Positions 29,419 through 39,876 of a stretch of 64,000 bases of DNA are shown here, piece by piece; positions within the stretch are counted from its first letter, which is position 1; every line of letters begins with the position of its first letter. Where the stretch lies: assembly GCA_024654535.1 (NCBI GenBank), contig JANLHL010000007.1:66395-130394 (forward strand), written 5' to 3'. This stretch comes from Candidatus Roizmanbacteria bacterium (GTDB taxonomy: Bacteria > Patescibacteriota > Microgenomatia > UBA1406). A program made the position numbers and the translations under genes. The notes under the pieces are model-generated. The model had not been told where the DNA came from. It did not search any database and saw only the letters and a list, made by a program, of their open reading frames with translations.

Positions 29419-30672
29419 TTACTCTACAGTCTGTTTCTGATACGTTTTTACAACCGCATGCGGTGCAATAGCTGCATGAACGACTGTCCCTGGATACGTA
29501 CGTACACCTTCTCCGATAGTCACTCCTGGTAATGTCGTCGTACCGGCACCGAAAAACACACCCTTTGCCACAACTGCACCGAGCTTGTCTCTGTTGGTTT
29601 CTATACGCTCACTTTTTAATTTCAATGCAACGTTTTTGTCATCCATGCGAAGATTGGTTAAACAAGTACCCCAACTTACATTGCATGATGACTCTAAAAC
29701 ACTATCGCCAACAAATGAATGGTGCACTTGACACCCTTCACCCACGTAGCTACGAGCTATTTCGCTTCCAAAACCAATCGTTGCTCCCGCTTCTATAGAT
29801 GATTTGCGCACAAGTGTATGATTTCCCACTACGGCATTTTTGCCAATGTAGCTATCCTTTATAACTGCTCCTTCAAATATCTTCGCCCCGTCTTCTATGT
29901 AGCTTGTCCCTTGAATAATCGCTTTTTCAGAAACGAATGCCGAAGCGCTTACATACGGCTCTTTGATATACGATAATAATAACTGCATTACATCAAGTAC
30001 CTGAAAGCTATATTTAAGCTTACTCCACCCTCCTACATAGGGAACAAATGCAAACTTGTTATTTTTAAGCAGTGTTGAAAGCGCCTGTTCGTACGAGTCG
30101 TCACGCTTCCAGTCTATTTTTTGAAGCTCTCCAATAAACTCCTGTGGTTTTGAAAAATAATCGCACATAAGCTTTACATAATCGCTCGGACGCTCGTTTG
30201 ATTTTGGCTTTTCAAAAATACCGACAGGCCTTTCTTTTTCAAAAGTAAAATAACCCGCGAGAACATGATCTTTCATATGTAAACCAGCAAGCGCTCCGTA
30301 CTTGCCCTGTGATAATCGCAAAATATCGGTAAAAACTATTGGTTCAAGCGCATCTACTGCGTTTACCACTAAAAGCGGTGTCTCTGGTATCTGTGCCTGT
30401 GCTTTTACGAGCGCGTACCCCATACCGAGCGGTTTATCGAGACAGTATGTAGCGATTTTTGTATCTGGTAATACAATTTTTTGAGCAAACGCATCGTTCG
30501 ATTTGCTTGTTATGACGAGCATGTTGCGCAGTCCTGCCGCGTGAAGCATACGCATAGTATGTTCGATCATAGAAACACCCAATAGCGGAAAAACTGTTTT
30601 GTTGATAGTCAGCGGCACAAAGTGCGTGCCCTCACCAGCGGCCAAAATAACAACAAGTGGTTGTGTATCCAT
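29419..30672 (-). CDS. sugar-phosphate nucleotidyltransferase fused to a left-handed beta-helix domain (GlmU-like)
   Basis: N-terminal VVILAAGEGTHF nucleotidyltransferase motif and C-terminal hexapeptide repeats. Start at ATG 30672, 6 nt after TATACT. Confidence 0.75.
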   Translation of the reverse strand: MDTQPLVVILAAGEGTHFVPLTINKTVFPLLGVSMIEHTMRMLHAAGLRNMLVITSKSNDAFAQKIVLPDTKIATYCLDKPLGMGYALVKAQAQIPETPLLVVNAVDALEPIVFTDILRLSQGKYGALAGLHMKDHVLAGYFTFEKERPVGIFEKPKSNERPSDYVKLMCDYFSKPQEFIGELQKIDWKRDDSYEQALSTLLKNNKFAFVPYVGGWSKLKYSFQVLDVMQLLLSYIKEPYVSASAFVSEKAIIQGTSYIEDGAKIFEGAVIKDSYIGKNAVVGNHTLVRKSSIEAGATIGFGSEIARSYVGEGCQVHHSFVGDSVLESSCNVSWGTCLTNLRMDDKNVALKLKSERIETNRDKLGAVVAKGVFFGAGTTTLPGVTIGEGVRTYPGTVVHAAIAPHAVVKTYQKQTVE

Positions 30673-30761
30673 ACGTATAGTATACAAAAAAATGCCCGAA
30701 CTTGATTTGTGAATGGTTTGGGTATAAAATATCCTTTTCATTACCAGTAATTATTGACCAT

Positions 30762-31619
30762 ATGGAACCTGCCCCAAACGGTGAACTTATAGGAAATAAA
30801 ATTCAAAGACAACTTGGATTCCTAACACAAAACGATTGGCAAACAACACTAGCCACACATACAACCGAAGGAAAAAGTGAATTGTTTTCGGGTAATCTCG
30901 TCCATGCACAAGATGGTATAGGGTACTGTATGGATGAACGACGTACTAAGGATGGAAGTAGGCCGTTAAAACCAGCCTTTGTCGGTGGTGCAGCAGGATG
31001 GCGAACGCTTTTTATGGCGACCGGTATGAGTTTTGAAGAAGCGGGAAAAGCAACAAAAGAATTGTATGCAAAGAATAATTGGGGAGAAATGGAAGTACAT
31101 ATAGATGATGAACATGGGCATGTTGTAGACGGTGTCGAACTAGATGAGAGAGAAGAAGGATGTGGGTTTCTGACTGTGTGGCACCCTGTTCTAGGTGATT
31201 TATATACTCTATTAGGACAAACGAATATTGTTCCAGGTTTAAAACCAAATAATAAGATCAACCAGGTTGATGGTAAGAAATTTATTGCAGATACTCGTAA
31301 AGACGGAGGGGTTGTGGTACCGCTTGTTGGAAATCACAAAACAATAGGATCTTCTGAAAGCCCCGCCGACGTTGTCGTAAACTTTCGTCCGGGAACAACT
31401 CTTAATCGAAATGAACTCTATGATGAAAACCCTGCTTTTCTATGGGACGCATGGGCAACTACCGGAACAAACGTTTTAGAAGCATTTAACACATTGGCAG
31501 AAACCAACTGGACAACTGATCAATTTCTACGACTACAAGCCGCTTTGCATCTTGCCACCGGAATTCGCTTAAATGCTGTCGATCTTGACACACACAAAAA
31601 CATAGTCCTCACCAAATAA
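30762..31619 (+). CDS. hypothetical protein, 285 aa, with Cys/His/Asp cluster
   Basis: Uninterrupted ORF. Contains CMDER, HIDDEHGH and EEGCG segments. No family recognised. ORF-track start 30702 is TTG. Confidence 0.6.
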   Translation: MEPAPNGELIGNKIQRQLGFLTQNDWQTTLATHTTEGKSELFSGNLVHAQDGIGYCMDERRTKDGSRPLKPAFVGGAAGWRTLFMATGMSFEEAGKATKELYAKNNWGEMEVHIDDEHGHVVDGVELDEREEGCGFLTVWHPVLGDLYTLLGQTNIVPGLKPNNKINQVDGKKFIADTRKDGGVVVPLVGNHKTIGSSESPADVVVNFRPGTTLNRNELYDENPAFLWDAWATTGTNVLEAFNTLAETNWTTDQFLRLQAALHLATGIRLNAVDLDTHKNIVLTK

Positions 31620-31669
31620 GCACAATAATGCTTGCAAGCGTGTACTAAAAACGGTACCATAGTTTTACT

Positions 31670-32959
31670 ATGCGCATCAAAGATATACGCGCCCTTGAAA
31701 TATTAGATTCCCGTGGCAACCCCACACTACGTGCGTATGTTGAACTAGAAAACGGTGTTATTGGTGTTTCTAGCGTGCCTTCTGGCGCATCTACCGGTAC
31801 TCACGAAGCACATGAACTCCGGGATAACGACCCAAAGCGCTACATGGGTACAGGGGTTCTCATGGCAAAACACAATGTCGAATCAGAAATTCGAGAACTA
31901 CTCGTAGGTAAAGATCCACAAAAACAAGACGATATAGACCACGCAATGATGACACTCGATGGTACACCAAATAAAAGTAGGCTCGGCGCAAATGCCATAT
32001 TAGCAGTATCGCTAGCATGCGCAGTAGCAGCAGCACGTGCACAAGAGAGGGAGCTGTACGAATATCTTGGAGGTTTTTTTGAACAGCCAGTACATACTAT
32101 CCCTGTGCCACTTATAAACGTCATCAATGGCGGGAAACATGCACAAGATTCATCAGATTTTCAAGAATATATACTCATTCCTTATGGCTTTCCTCGATTT
32201 TCTGAAGCTCTTCGAGCAAGTGCTGAGGTATTTCACACCCTTAAAAAAATGCTACACGTAGATCATCAACCGACCAGCGTTGGCGACGAAGGTGGGTTTG
32301 CGCCGCATGTATCTACCAACGAAAAGCCATTGCAATATTTGGTAGATGCGGTCGAAGAGGCAAGCTATATGATGCGCAGTGAATTTGGCCTAGGAATAGA
32401 TGCTGCGGCAAGTGAATTTTTAGTTAATGGGAAATACGTACTATCGACAAACAACAAGCAGTTATCTGCTGTCGAATTAGCAAATTACTACAATAGATTG
32501 ATCGAAACATATCCACTCTGTTCTCTGGAAGATCATTTTGGCGAAGATGAGTGGGACAGTTTCCAAAAATTCACCCAAGAAATTGGCGAAACGGTACAAA
32601 CAGTCGGTGACGATCTATATGTAACTAACCCAATTCGCCTAGAAAGAGGTATAGCAGAAAAAACGACCAATGCTATTTTAATAAAAGTAAACCAGATCGG
32701 TACACTTACCGAAACCTTATCCGCTATCAAAAATGCAAAAAAGGCAGGCATGCAAACTATCATATCGCACCGCTCTGGCGAAACAGAAGATACCTTTATA
32801 GCAGATCTTGCCGTTGCTTCAAACGCAGGACAGATAAAAACAGGTTCTATGTCACGCTCTGAACGAATAGCAAAATATAATCGACTTCTTGAAATAGAAC
32901 ACAAAGAACCTCATTTCTCTTACTACCAATTCCCATACAAAATAACGAATGGATTTTAA
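31670..32959 (+). CDS. eno: enolase (phosphopyruvate hydratase)
   Basis: ILDSRGNPT, SGASTGTHEA, IKVNQIGTLTET and SHRSGETED are canonical enolase motifs. Confidence 0.97.
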   Translation: MRIKDIRALEILDSRGNPTLRAYVELENGVIGVSSVPSGASTGTHEAHELRDNDPKRYMGTGVLMAKHNVESEIRELLVGKDPQKQDDIDHAMMTLDGTPNKSRLGANAILAVSLACAVAAARAQERELYEYLGGFFEQPVHTIPVPLINVINGGKHAQDSSDFQEYILIPYGFPRFSEALRASAEVFHTLKKMLHVDHQPTSVGDEGGFAPHVSTNEKPLQYLVDAVEEASYMMRSEFGLGIDAAASEFLVNGKYVLSTNNKQLSAVELANYYNRLIETYPLCSLEDHFGEDEWDSFQKFTQEIGETVQTVGDDLYVTNPIRLERGIAEKTTNAILIKVNQIGTLTETLSAIKNAKKAGMQTIISHRSGETEDTFIADLAVASNAGQIKTGSMSRSERIAKYNRLLEIEHKEPHFSYYQFPYKITNGF

Positions 32960-33608
32960 CGAATTGCAAGAGGCAGCAATTCAGTCACTGCAACATCCTG
33001 GGGCCGGTGGTAAACCTATGCCCAAAACAAGTAGTAAGAAACCTCCTATTTTATACGTATTTAGACATACGCAAACATATGATAATATTCGCCGAGTTTT
33101 TTCTGGGAAACGGCAATCTCAACTTACTCCCAAAGGAAAAAAACAAGCCCAAGAACTCGCGCATAAGTTAGTACATATGCATATCGATTTATTTATTAGT
33201 CCTGATCTCATACGATGCAGGCAAACGCTTGAACCGTTGCAAAAAATGCTTCCCCATATTCCATATTTAGTAAAAAAAGAGCTTGTGGAACGTGACTATG
33301 GCATTCTCACAGGAAAAAGCAAGATGGAGGCTATGAAAGAACATCCAAAAAAAGCCGTTCTGTGGCGCCGATCATGGGATGTTGCACCACCAAAAGGTGA
33401 AAGTATCAAAAATGTTTGGGAAAATCGTATACATCCATTTTGTAAATGGCTTGAGACAAAAATGAAAAAAGAGAATATAAATATTGCCTATTCGGGAACA
33501 AATAATACTGTCCGGCTTATTCGAATGTACTTCGAACATCTTTCATATGAAGAATCGGTTGAGTTAGAAAACACGTATGCAGACTATGCCTCATACCACA
33601 TTAAATAG
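32949..33608 (+). CDS. histidine phosphatase family protein (phosphoglycerate mutase-like)
   Basis: YVFRHTQT resembles the RHG phosphatase motif. It overlaps the enolase 3' end by 11 nt. Confidence 0.65.
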   Translation: MDFNELQEAAIQSLQHPGAGGKPMPKTSSKKPPILYVFRHTQTYDNIRRVFSGKRQSQLTPKGKKQAQELAHKLVHMHIDLFISPDLIRCRQTLEPLQKMLPHIPYLVKKELVERDYGILTGKSKMEAMKEHPKKAVLWRRSWDVAPPKGESIKNVWENRIHPFCKWLETKMKKENINIAYSGTNNTVRLIRMYFEHLSYEESVELENTYADYASYHIK

Positions 33609-33712
33609 CGAATAGGCATATATGATTTATAAGTAGTCGTTACTTTCTTACTACGCCATTCACAAGCTGGTTTGATTACGAATAAATTATATTAACTACA
33701 AGCAGAGTTGTT

Positions 33713-35038
33713 CTATTCATACACCAACACCGCCGTGCCAACCTGTGCCCAGTTATACACTTCTTGTGCTTCTCCCACATCAAGTGATACACACCCTCCG
33801 GTATGGGGTGATCCAATAAAATTACTTGGGCGCCGAATTTGAGTGCCAGTAACATCAACCCAATATGGCAACTCATGAATGCCTAAATAAGCGTTCACTT
33901 TTGGGTCTAAATAGAAAGCCATCCAATAGGGCATCCACACGTGATAGATATCTGAATACGCATTCGGTGCTTTATTCAAAATCGCATATTTCCCTGGAGG
34001 AGTTGGATAATACAATCCCGTCGACACACTGTGCGTCGCTATCACGCTACCACTTTCCCATATATACATCCGCTGTTGGGAAATATCGATTTCAATATAT
34101 TTTTGTGCGTATCTACCATCGGTATTGGGCTTTTTTAAAAGCCGTCCAATGACAAAGTCATATGTGTAACCGTTAAATCTTGTGGCAACCATGGTTACGA
34201 GTTGTGTACCCATGAACTCACTATCAAGCGTAAAATCACCACCCTTGTCCAAACTCTTTTCTTTACCCTGTACTATATCTGACAACTTATTTTTATCTAC
34301 CCCTATGTCAAGATTGTCATGTTTTTGATCATAAGAAACAGTGACTATTGATAACAACTCTCTCTGTGTCAATTCAGAGAATGCACGTTTTTCACCATCC
34401 AAGACTATACCGACTGGTTTTGCAGTTATCGCAGCTATTCTTTGATTGTACGAAAGGACACGGGAAGCATCTGTAGTATCGCTTATACGAGCTGTAACAG
34501 GCTCAAGGACAACGTTTGTGCCAATACTACCGACAATCTGTTGCTTGAGTAGTTTTGGATCAAGCCTGTACTTTTGTGTGTTATCTGTAAATAATAATTT
34601 TTTTGTTTGATCACTCACGTGAATATCGTTGTTCTGGGTTGATATATCAAATATTGTTTGTGCAAATTTTGCATAAAAAAGGTCAGAAAAAGAAACCGTC
34701 GGCACGACCATTCGCTGGGCAAAAAATGAACCGATGAAAGAATGAGTTACAGGAAGCAATCCTTTTGTATTATGTGAAAAGACCGCATTGAGCGTTTTGT
34801 TAATATCCACATAAATTCCTGATTCTTTATATTGATACCTATACACACGAGAGCGCACCTTAAAACGCAATGAACCATTTGCTTCTTGCGCAAGTAAACG
34901 TAAAACCTCTGAACGAGAGAAAAAAGAAATATTACGAGACCCAAGATATGTATTTGCCGGTACACGCCCACGGCACATATACTCTATAGCGCTGAGCAAA
35001 ATAATAAGACATAAAACCAAAACTATAATACGGCGCAT
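33713..35038 (-). CDS. L,D-transpeptidase (YkuD domain) with N-terminal anchor and extended stalk
   Basis: C-terminal ...GIHELP...IGSPHTGGCVSL is a YkuD H..GC catalytic signature. N-terminal TM present. Confidence 0.8.
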   Translation of the reverse strand: MRRIIVLVLCLIILLSAIEYMCRGRVPANTYLGSRNISFFSRSEVLRLLAQEANGSLRFKVRSRVYRYQYKESGIYVDINKTLNAVFSHNTKGLLPVTHSFIGSFFAQRMVVPTVSFSDLFYAKFAQTIFDISTQNNDIHVSDQTKKLLFTDNTQKYRLDPKLLKQQIVGSIGTNVVLEPVTARISDTTDASRVLSYNQRIAAITAKPVGIVLDGEKRAFSELTQRELLSIVTVSYDQKHDNLDIGVDKNKLSDIVQGKEKSLDKGGDFTLDSEFMGTQLVTMVATRFNGYTYDFVIGRLLKKPNTDGRYAQKYIEIDISQQRMYIWESGSVIATHSVSTGLYYPTPPGKYAILNKAPNAYSDIYHVWMPYWMAFYLDPKVNAYLGIHELPYWVDVTGTQIRRPSNFIGSPHTGGCVSLDVGEAQEVYNWAQVGTAVLVYE

Positions 35039-35048
35039 GCATATTAGT

Positions 35049-36134
35049 TTATGTCAATTTTTCGTTTTCTGTACCAACAAAATTCTCAACGATTTCTTTT
35101 ATTTTTGGCACTGAAGATTTGCGAGCTACCAAAAGAACATCGTCTGTATTTACCACCAATAAGCCTTCTAAATCTACCCCTACTATAAGTTTCTTTCCCT
35201 CGTAATTGTATACCAGAGAATCTCGCGAATACTCCAGATATACACGTCCACGAGTTATATTTTCATCTGGATTATTTTCAAGAGCCTCTTTTAATGCCTC
35301 CCAAGCTCCTACATCGCTCCATCCAATATCTTCAACCACGGTAGCCGCTTCTGATTTATCAAGCTTTTCAATAACGGCATTATCAAAACTCACCGATTCT
35401 ATAGCTCCATATTTTTTAAGGAGTGTTTTCTCAAATTCTTTAGTGCCGTACGTTTTTAAAATATCTTCTACTGCACTGTAAACGCGGGGAGCATATTTGT
35501 GGAACGCCTCAAAAATGTACGAGGGAGTTGTTACAAAATATCCCAAATTCCATGCATGGTGCCCAGAGCTGTAAAATTCCTCAGCTGTTTTCTTATTGGG
35601 CTTGTATTGAAAGCCCTCAAACGTAAAAAAAGATACATCAACATCCGTGTGGATAGATGAGCCGTAGTGTATCCAACCGAGGTTTTCGCTTGCAAATCGA
35701 GGTTTGTGACCTATAAAAATAATCCTCGTATTCATTTTCCCCAAAAAACTAGCAGCCTTTTTCAATAATAGTTTGAATTTTTTTTCGTGTTTCACTAAAT
35801 GATCGCTCCACAATATAACAACGGGTTCATCAATACCATCTTTTAAAAGTTTCCCCATGACAAATGCAACCGCTGGTCCCACATCGCGTTTTTCTGGCTC
35901 AAAAATAAAGTTCTTTTCTGGGATGTTCGGTAATTGATCTCTGACGATTTCCCTATACGCAATATTGGTAGATATGTAAATATCTGCTGACGCAAAATCC
36001 GGATATAAGCGCTCTACAGCAAGCTGCAACGTTGAACGATTTCCAATAATCTTTTCAAACTGTTTTGGTGATTTTTTTCGAGACAGTGGCCATAGTCGTG
36101 TCCCTGTTCCGCCTGCAAATATTACTGCTTTCAT
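35049..36134 (-). CDS. mannose-1-phosphate guanylyltransferase-like nucleotidyltransferase
   Basis: MKAVIFAGGTGTRLWPLSRKKSPKQF. An alternative GTG start at 36185 would overlap the upstream stop codon (GTGA). Confidence 0.8.
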   Translation of the reverse strand: MKAVIFAGGTGTRLWPLSRKKSPKQFEKIIGNRSTLQLAVERLYPDFASADIYISTNIAYREIVRDQLPNIPEKNFIFEPEKRDVGPAVAFVMGKLLKDGIDEPVVILWSDHLVKHEKKFKLLLKKAASFLGKMNTRIIFIGHKPRFASENLGWIHYGSSIHTDVDVSFFTFEGFQYKPNKKTAEEFYSSGHHAWNLGYFVTTPSYIFEAFHKYAPRVYSAVEDILKTYGTKEFEKTLLKKYGAIESVSFDNAVIEKLDKSEAATVVEDIGWSDVGAWEALKEALENNPDENITRGRVYLEYSRDSLVYNYEGKKLIVGVDLEGLLVVNTDDVLLVARKSSVPKIKEIVENFVGTENEKLT

Positions 36135-36181
36135 TAAATTGAGTTTTAATTTGTAATTTTTTCTTTTTACTCTTGTAACTT

Positions 36182-37255
36182 TCACCCACCAATCTCTTTT
36201 TTAAGCTTTTGTAAAAAGATTTCCTTACTAAAGTGGGCTATTTTCTGGTGGTTAATAGTATATGATAACGTATGAAATATATCAACGATGCCACCAATTG
36301 CGTGAACTGTTTGTTTCGTACTCACTATCCCACCGCCACATATTTTTACAATTTCGGCGGCTCCACTTTCTGAAACGGTAATAACTGGTGTATCAAAAAA
36401 AAGCGATTCAAGAGCAACATACCCAAAATCCTCTTGCTGTGGCAATATCGTTGCAATAGCTTTTTGATAAATATAGGCAAGTTCTTCATCTGGTACTTCC
36501 GAAATAAAATGGATAGTATGAGTGCCAGATGCCATTTTTTGCAACGTATACGCTTGTGTCCCTGTACCCACGATAACCAAATGCACCGCTGGCCTCTGTT
36601 TAAATATTTCTAGCAACATATCTACCCTCTTGTATGGCTCAAGCCTGCCAACAAAAAGAAAATAGTGTGATGGAAGATTGATTTTTCTCGCACGTTTCTT
36701 TATACCTATAAAATAAGCCCTATCAAATGGTGGGTATAAAACTTTCGCACTTCTGCTATATGTCTGTTTTATCGCTTTTTGCGAAAAGTGTGAAAGCGTT
36801 AATAGAGTATGAGGCCTTGTAGCAGCATTCAAATCCCATTTCTTCATGTGCTCAATAATTGGAGAAACTAATGAATGTGGCTGATACAGTTTCTTTTGGC
36901 TCCATAGAAAACGAGTTGGTGTAAACACATACGATACATGATGCGCACTTGTTTTAATTCCTTTCACAAAAGATGATGTAATAGAGAGCACTTCATCATA
37001 CGTATCGAGACGAAAACTCTCCGTTGCGGTAGGCATAAGGGGCGCAAGAAGTGGTTTTGAATGGCACAGGCTATACAGCGGCTGAAGGTACGACGTATGT
37101 ATGCGAGAACGATACTTTACTGCCCAGGGCGAGTCTTTAAATCGAGTGAATAGTGTAAAAATATCTGCTTCTGGATAAGCATCAAAGACAGATTGCAACA
37201 ACCGTTCAGCTCCGCCAAAAGTGTCTATCCAATCGTATACAATAGCACGTTTCAT
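36182..37255 (-). CDS. glycosyltransferase family 4
   Basis: FVGRLEPYKRVD...PQQEDFGYVALESLFFDTPVI. Confidence 0.8.
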   Translation of the reverse strand: MKRAIVYDWIDTFGGAERLLQSVFDAYPEADIFTLFTRFKDSPWAVKYRSRIHTSYLQPLYSLCHSKPLLAPLMPTATESFRLDTYDEVLSITSSFVKGIKTSAHHVSYVFTPTRFLWSQKKLYQPHSLVSPIIEHMKKWDLNAATRPHTLLTLSHFSQKAIKQTYSRSAKVLYPPFDRAYFIGIKKRARKINLPSHYFLFVGRLEPYKRVDMLLEIFKQRPAVHLVIVGTGTQAYTLQKMASGTHTIHFISEVPDEELAYIYQKAIATILPQQEDFGYVALESLFFDTPVITVSESGAAEIVKICGGGIVSTKQTVHAIGGIVDIFHTLSYTINHQKIAHFSKEIFLQKLKKEIGG

Positions 37256-38319
37256 ACTGAAGTATTGTATATTGCAAGCGTTTTCATTGCCATTGTTTCA
37301 AACGAAAACTTTTTTTTATACGCATCAGGATAGGGAGTTTTCTTTACCTGTATCGACTCCTCCAAAACACGCATCAAGCTTTCTTCATTGTGCAAATTAA
37401 AAAAAGTTGTTCCTGGCACAGCTATTTCTTTAAATGAGGCAATAGAAGACAGTATGAGTGGACATCCAAAATAAGACGCTTCAAGAACTGGCAATCCAAA
37501 ACCTTCTGATTGCGACGGAAATACCAGTGCTTGTGCATTACTGTACAGGTACCGAAGCTGCCCATCTGATACTGCGTGCAAAAAAAGAATACGATTCTCA
37601 AGGTTCAACATATGAGCTTGCGACCGCATACGCTGGGTAAATACATCATCTGGCCCAACTAAAATCAATTTTGGCGCTTTTGGCACTTTTGCATACGATG
37701 TCAATAAAAACGAGATATTCTTGTGCGGAAAAAAATTACCTACATAGAGTAAAAACGGTTCCTTTGCAGAAGAAACAGCGATAGGCCTTGCCTGTATGAG
37801 TGACTCGTCAACCCCTTCATACGTCACCGTAATAGATGTTTTTGTGCCCATAGTACGTATGTCGTGAGCAACAGCATTCGTCGGCACAAGCACGTGTTTG
37901 CTACGAGTGAGCGCATGCATGAGGGTTTGGCGATATCCTATTTTCTTCATGGCGTATAAAAGAGGATGTCGCGTCGTTGCCTGACCAGTCGCATGGGTAA
38001 ATGGCGTTATATCATGAAGAGTAATAACAAATGGACGATTATAGAGCACAGGGTGCGAAAAATAGGGAAAATGGACAAGGTCGGCTTGCTCTTTTAAAAG
38101 ATTGTATAAGAATACTGTTTGTTCAGACAGAGAGTGCCAGCGACTTGATACAGAGCGAACATGAAAATGTGAGTTGTTAATTTGTATGTTTGGATTTCCA
38201 TAGGTAAGTAATGTATAGAAATTGTGCGTATCTAACTTTTGTAACCTGCTAACCAAATTTCGTATGTATCTGCCAACACCACCTTCCTCCCAAAGCCGAC
38301 AATCTATTACAATCTTCAT
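37252..38319 (-). CDS. glycosyltransferase family 4
   Basis: YVGNFFPHKN...PSQSEGFGLPVLEASYFGCPLI. 4-nt overlaps with both neighbouring genes. Confidence 0.8.
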   Translation of the reverse strand: MKIVIDCRLWEEGGVGRYIRNLVSRLQKLDTHNFYTLLTYGNPNIQINNSHFHVRSVSSRWHSLSEQTVFLYNLLKEQADLVHFPYFSHPVLYNRPFVITLHDITPFTHATGQATTRHPLLYAMKKIGYRQTLMHALTRSKHVLVPTNAVAHDIRTMGTKTSITVTYEGVDESLIQARPIAVSSAKEPFLLYVGNFFPHKNISFLLTSYAKVPKAPKLILVGPDDVFTQRMRSQAHMLNLENRILFLHAVSDGQLRYLYSNAQALVFPSQSEGFGLPVLEASYFGCPLILSSIASFKEIAVPGTTFFNLHNEESLMRVLEESIQVKKTPYPDAYKKKFSFETMAMKTLAIYNTSV

Positions 38320-39197
38320 GAAAAAATTCTACTCATAAATGCAAGCACGCGCACGCCTCCTCTTACAAGGATATGTATAAAGCGGGGATATTTTGCAAAA
38401 TAGTGCTTTTCATAGAACAGCAACATTGAAGAAAAAAAATGCTGCTTTGCGGTGTTAGACGTTGTACCGTTTTTTGCCATACCACTTTGATATTTCAAAT
38501 GAAGCGCGCTCATATGGGGATAGAAAAAAATACTTCCTCCATTTTTTTTCAAACGGTAACACAGATCTATGTCTTCGGCATAAAAAAAATAGTCTGGATC
38601 AAATCCATGCTCTTTTTCAAATACGCGACGCTTGATAAGAAAGAATGCTGCACTTGGACAGTCTATTTCGTGAATAGTGTCGAGGGATAAGGTGGTTAGG
38701 TGATATCCACCAAATAATCGTGCCAACGGCGTATTGCGTGTAATTTTTTCAAGACCAGTAAAATAGGCAAATGCATTCCATACCGTAGGGAAACCACGAT
38801 GACACGCCGGATCCATATGCGCAGAATCAAGCATGAGCTTTATAGTGAGAGCGCTCTTTTTTTCATCGTGATATAAAAACTCGATAAGCTTTTCAAATCC
38901 AACTGGTTCTGTAAGCAAAACATCAGAATTAAGAAGCAACAGATAAGTACCACGAGCAACGCGTGCTCCACGATTGTTTGCGTTCCCAAATCCAATATTA
39001 TGAGGTAAGAGGATACTCTGTATCTTTCGATCTTTTAACATACTTTGCGTGCCGTCAGTTGATGCATTATCCACAACGATAACCTCATAATCATTCTTTT
39101 TGTTGAAACTCTCACCTAATCTCTGATTCACAAAATCAAGTGTTTTTGCTAACAGTTCTTTAGTGTTGTGGGAAACGATGATTACCGACAGTATCAT
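38316..39197 (-). CDS. glycosyltransferase family 2
   Basis: SVIIVSHNTKE...VVDNASTDGT...LLLNSDV. TATAAT (39205-39210) lies 7 nt upstream of the ATG. Confidence 0.85.
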   Translation of the reverse strand: MILSVIIVSHNTKELLAKTLDFVNQRLGESFNKKNDYEVIVVDNASTDGTQSMLKDRKIQSILLPHNIGFGNANNRGARVARGTYLLLLNSDVLLTEPVGFEKLIEFLYHDEKKSALTIKLMLDSAHMDPACHRGFPTVWNAFAYFTGLEKITRNTPLARLFGGYHLTTLSLDTIHEIDCPSAAFFLIKRRVFEKEHGFDPDYFFYAEDIDLCYRLKKNGGSIFFYPHMSALHLKYQSGMAKNGTTSNTAKQHFFSSMLLFYEKHYFAKYPRFIHILVRGGVRVLAFMSRIFS

Positions 39198-39253
39198 ATA
39201 GCTTATTATAGACCATAGCTACGGCAAAATCGCACCGAAGCAAATATATACTC

Positions 39254-39282
39254 TTGACAAGTGAACAAATGTTCACTAATAT
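39254..39282 (+). promoter_or_regulatory. lexA promoter TTGACA-17 nt-TAATAT with a LexA box GAACAAATGTTC (39263-39274) filling the spacer
   Basis: TTGACA 39254-39259, 16-mer GTGAACAAATGTTCAC 39261-39276, TAATAT 39277-39282, ATG 39289 six nt downstream. Confidence 0.75.
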
Positions 39283-39288
39283 GCATCT

Positions 39289-39864
39289 ATGCAAACAAGC
39301 ACACGACTAGACGCACTCAAACAATTTTTTTCACAACACAAGCGACTTCCCACCTATCGTGAAGCAGCAAAACTATGGGAAGTGTCTTCGCCAAACGCAG
39401 CATTTAAAATAATGGCTCAATTTATAGAAGAAGGTCAGTTAGAAAAAGACGAGACAGGAAAGCTTACTCCCGCACCATACTTTTTTGCATTGCCATTCGA
39501 AGGGAGCGTACCTGCCGGATTTCCAGTCCCTGTAGACGAGAGCGATCACGCGATGTTATCAATACACGAATATCTCGTCGACAATCCAACCTCCACATTT
39601 TTATTGCACGTCAGTGGCGACTCTCTCAAAGATATAGGGGTCATGCCTGGCGATATTGCGCTCATAGAAAAAGGGACACGTCCCCATACTGGGCAGGTTG
39701 TGCTCGCGCGCGTCGATGGAGAATGGACTTTAAAGATACTCGAAAAAAGAAATGGGAAAACTATACTTATGCCGGCAAACACTGCATACAATCCTATTAT
39801 TCCTCATCATGAATTGACTATCTATGGAGTCGTCGTAGGAATGGTAAGAAAATATAAAAACTAA
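39289..39864 (+). CDS. lexA: LexA repressor (S24 peptidase)
   Basis: N-terminal wHTH and a C-terminal S24 domain with GDSL (Ser) and EWTLKIL (Lys). Confidence 0.85.
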   Translation: MQTSTRLDALKQFFSQHKRLPTYREAAKLWEVSSPNAAFKIMAQFIEEGQLEKDETGKLTPAPYFFALPFEGSVPAGFPVPVDESDHAMLSIHEYLVDNPTSTFLLHVSGDSLKDIGVMPGDIALIEKGTRPHTGQVVLARVDGEWTLKILEKRNGKTILMPANTAYNPIIPHHELTIYGVVVGMVRKYKN

Positions 39865-39876
39865 AGATAGGTTTTT

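Noticed and set aside
30762-31619. Calling the 285-aa protein a beta-carbonic anhydrase because of its CMDER (CxDxR) motif.
   Set aside because: The second motif (HxxC) is absent, and the spacing of candidate ligands does not fit. It is left as hypothetical.
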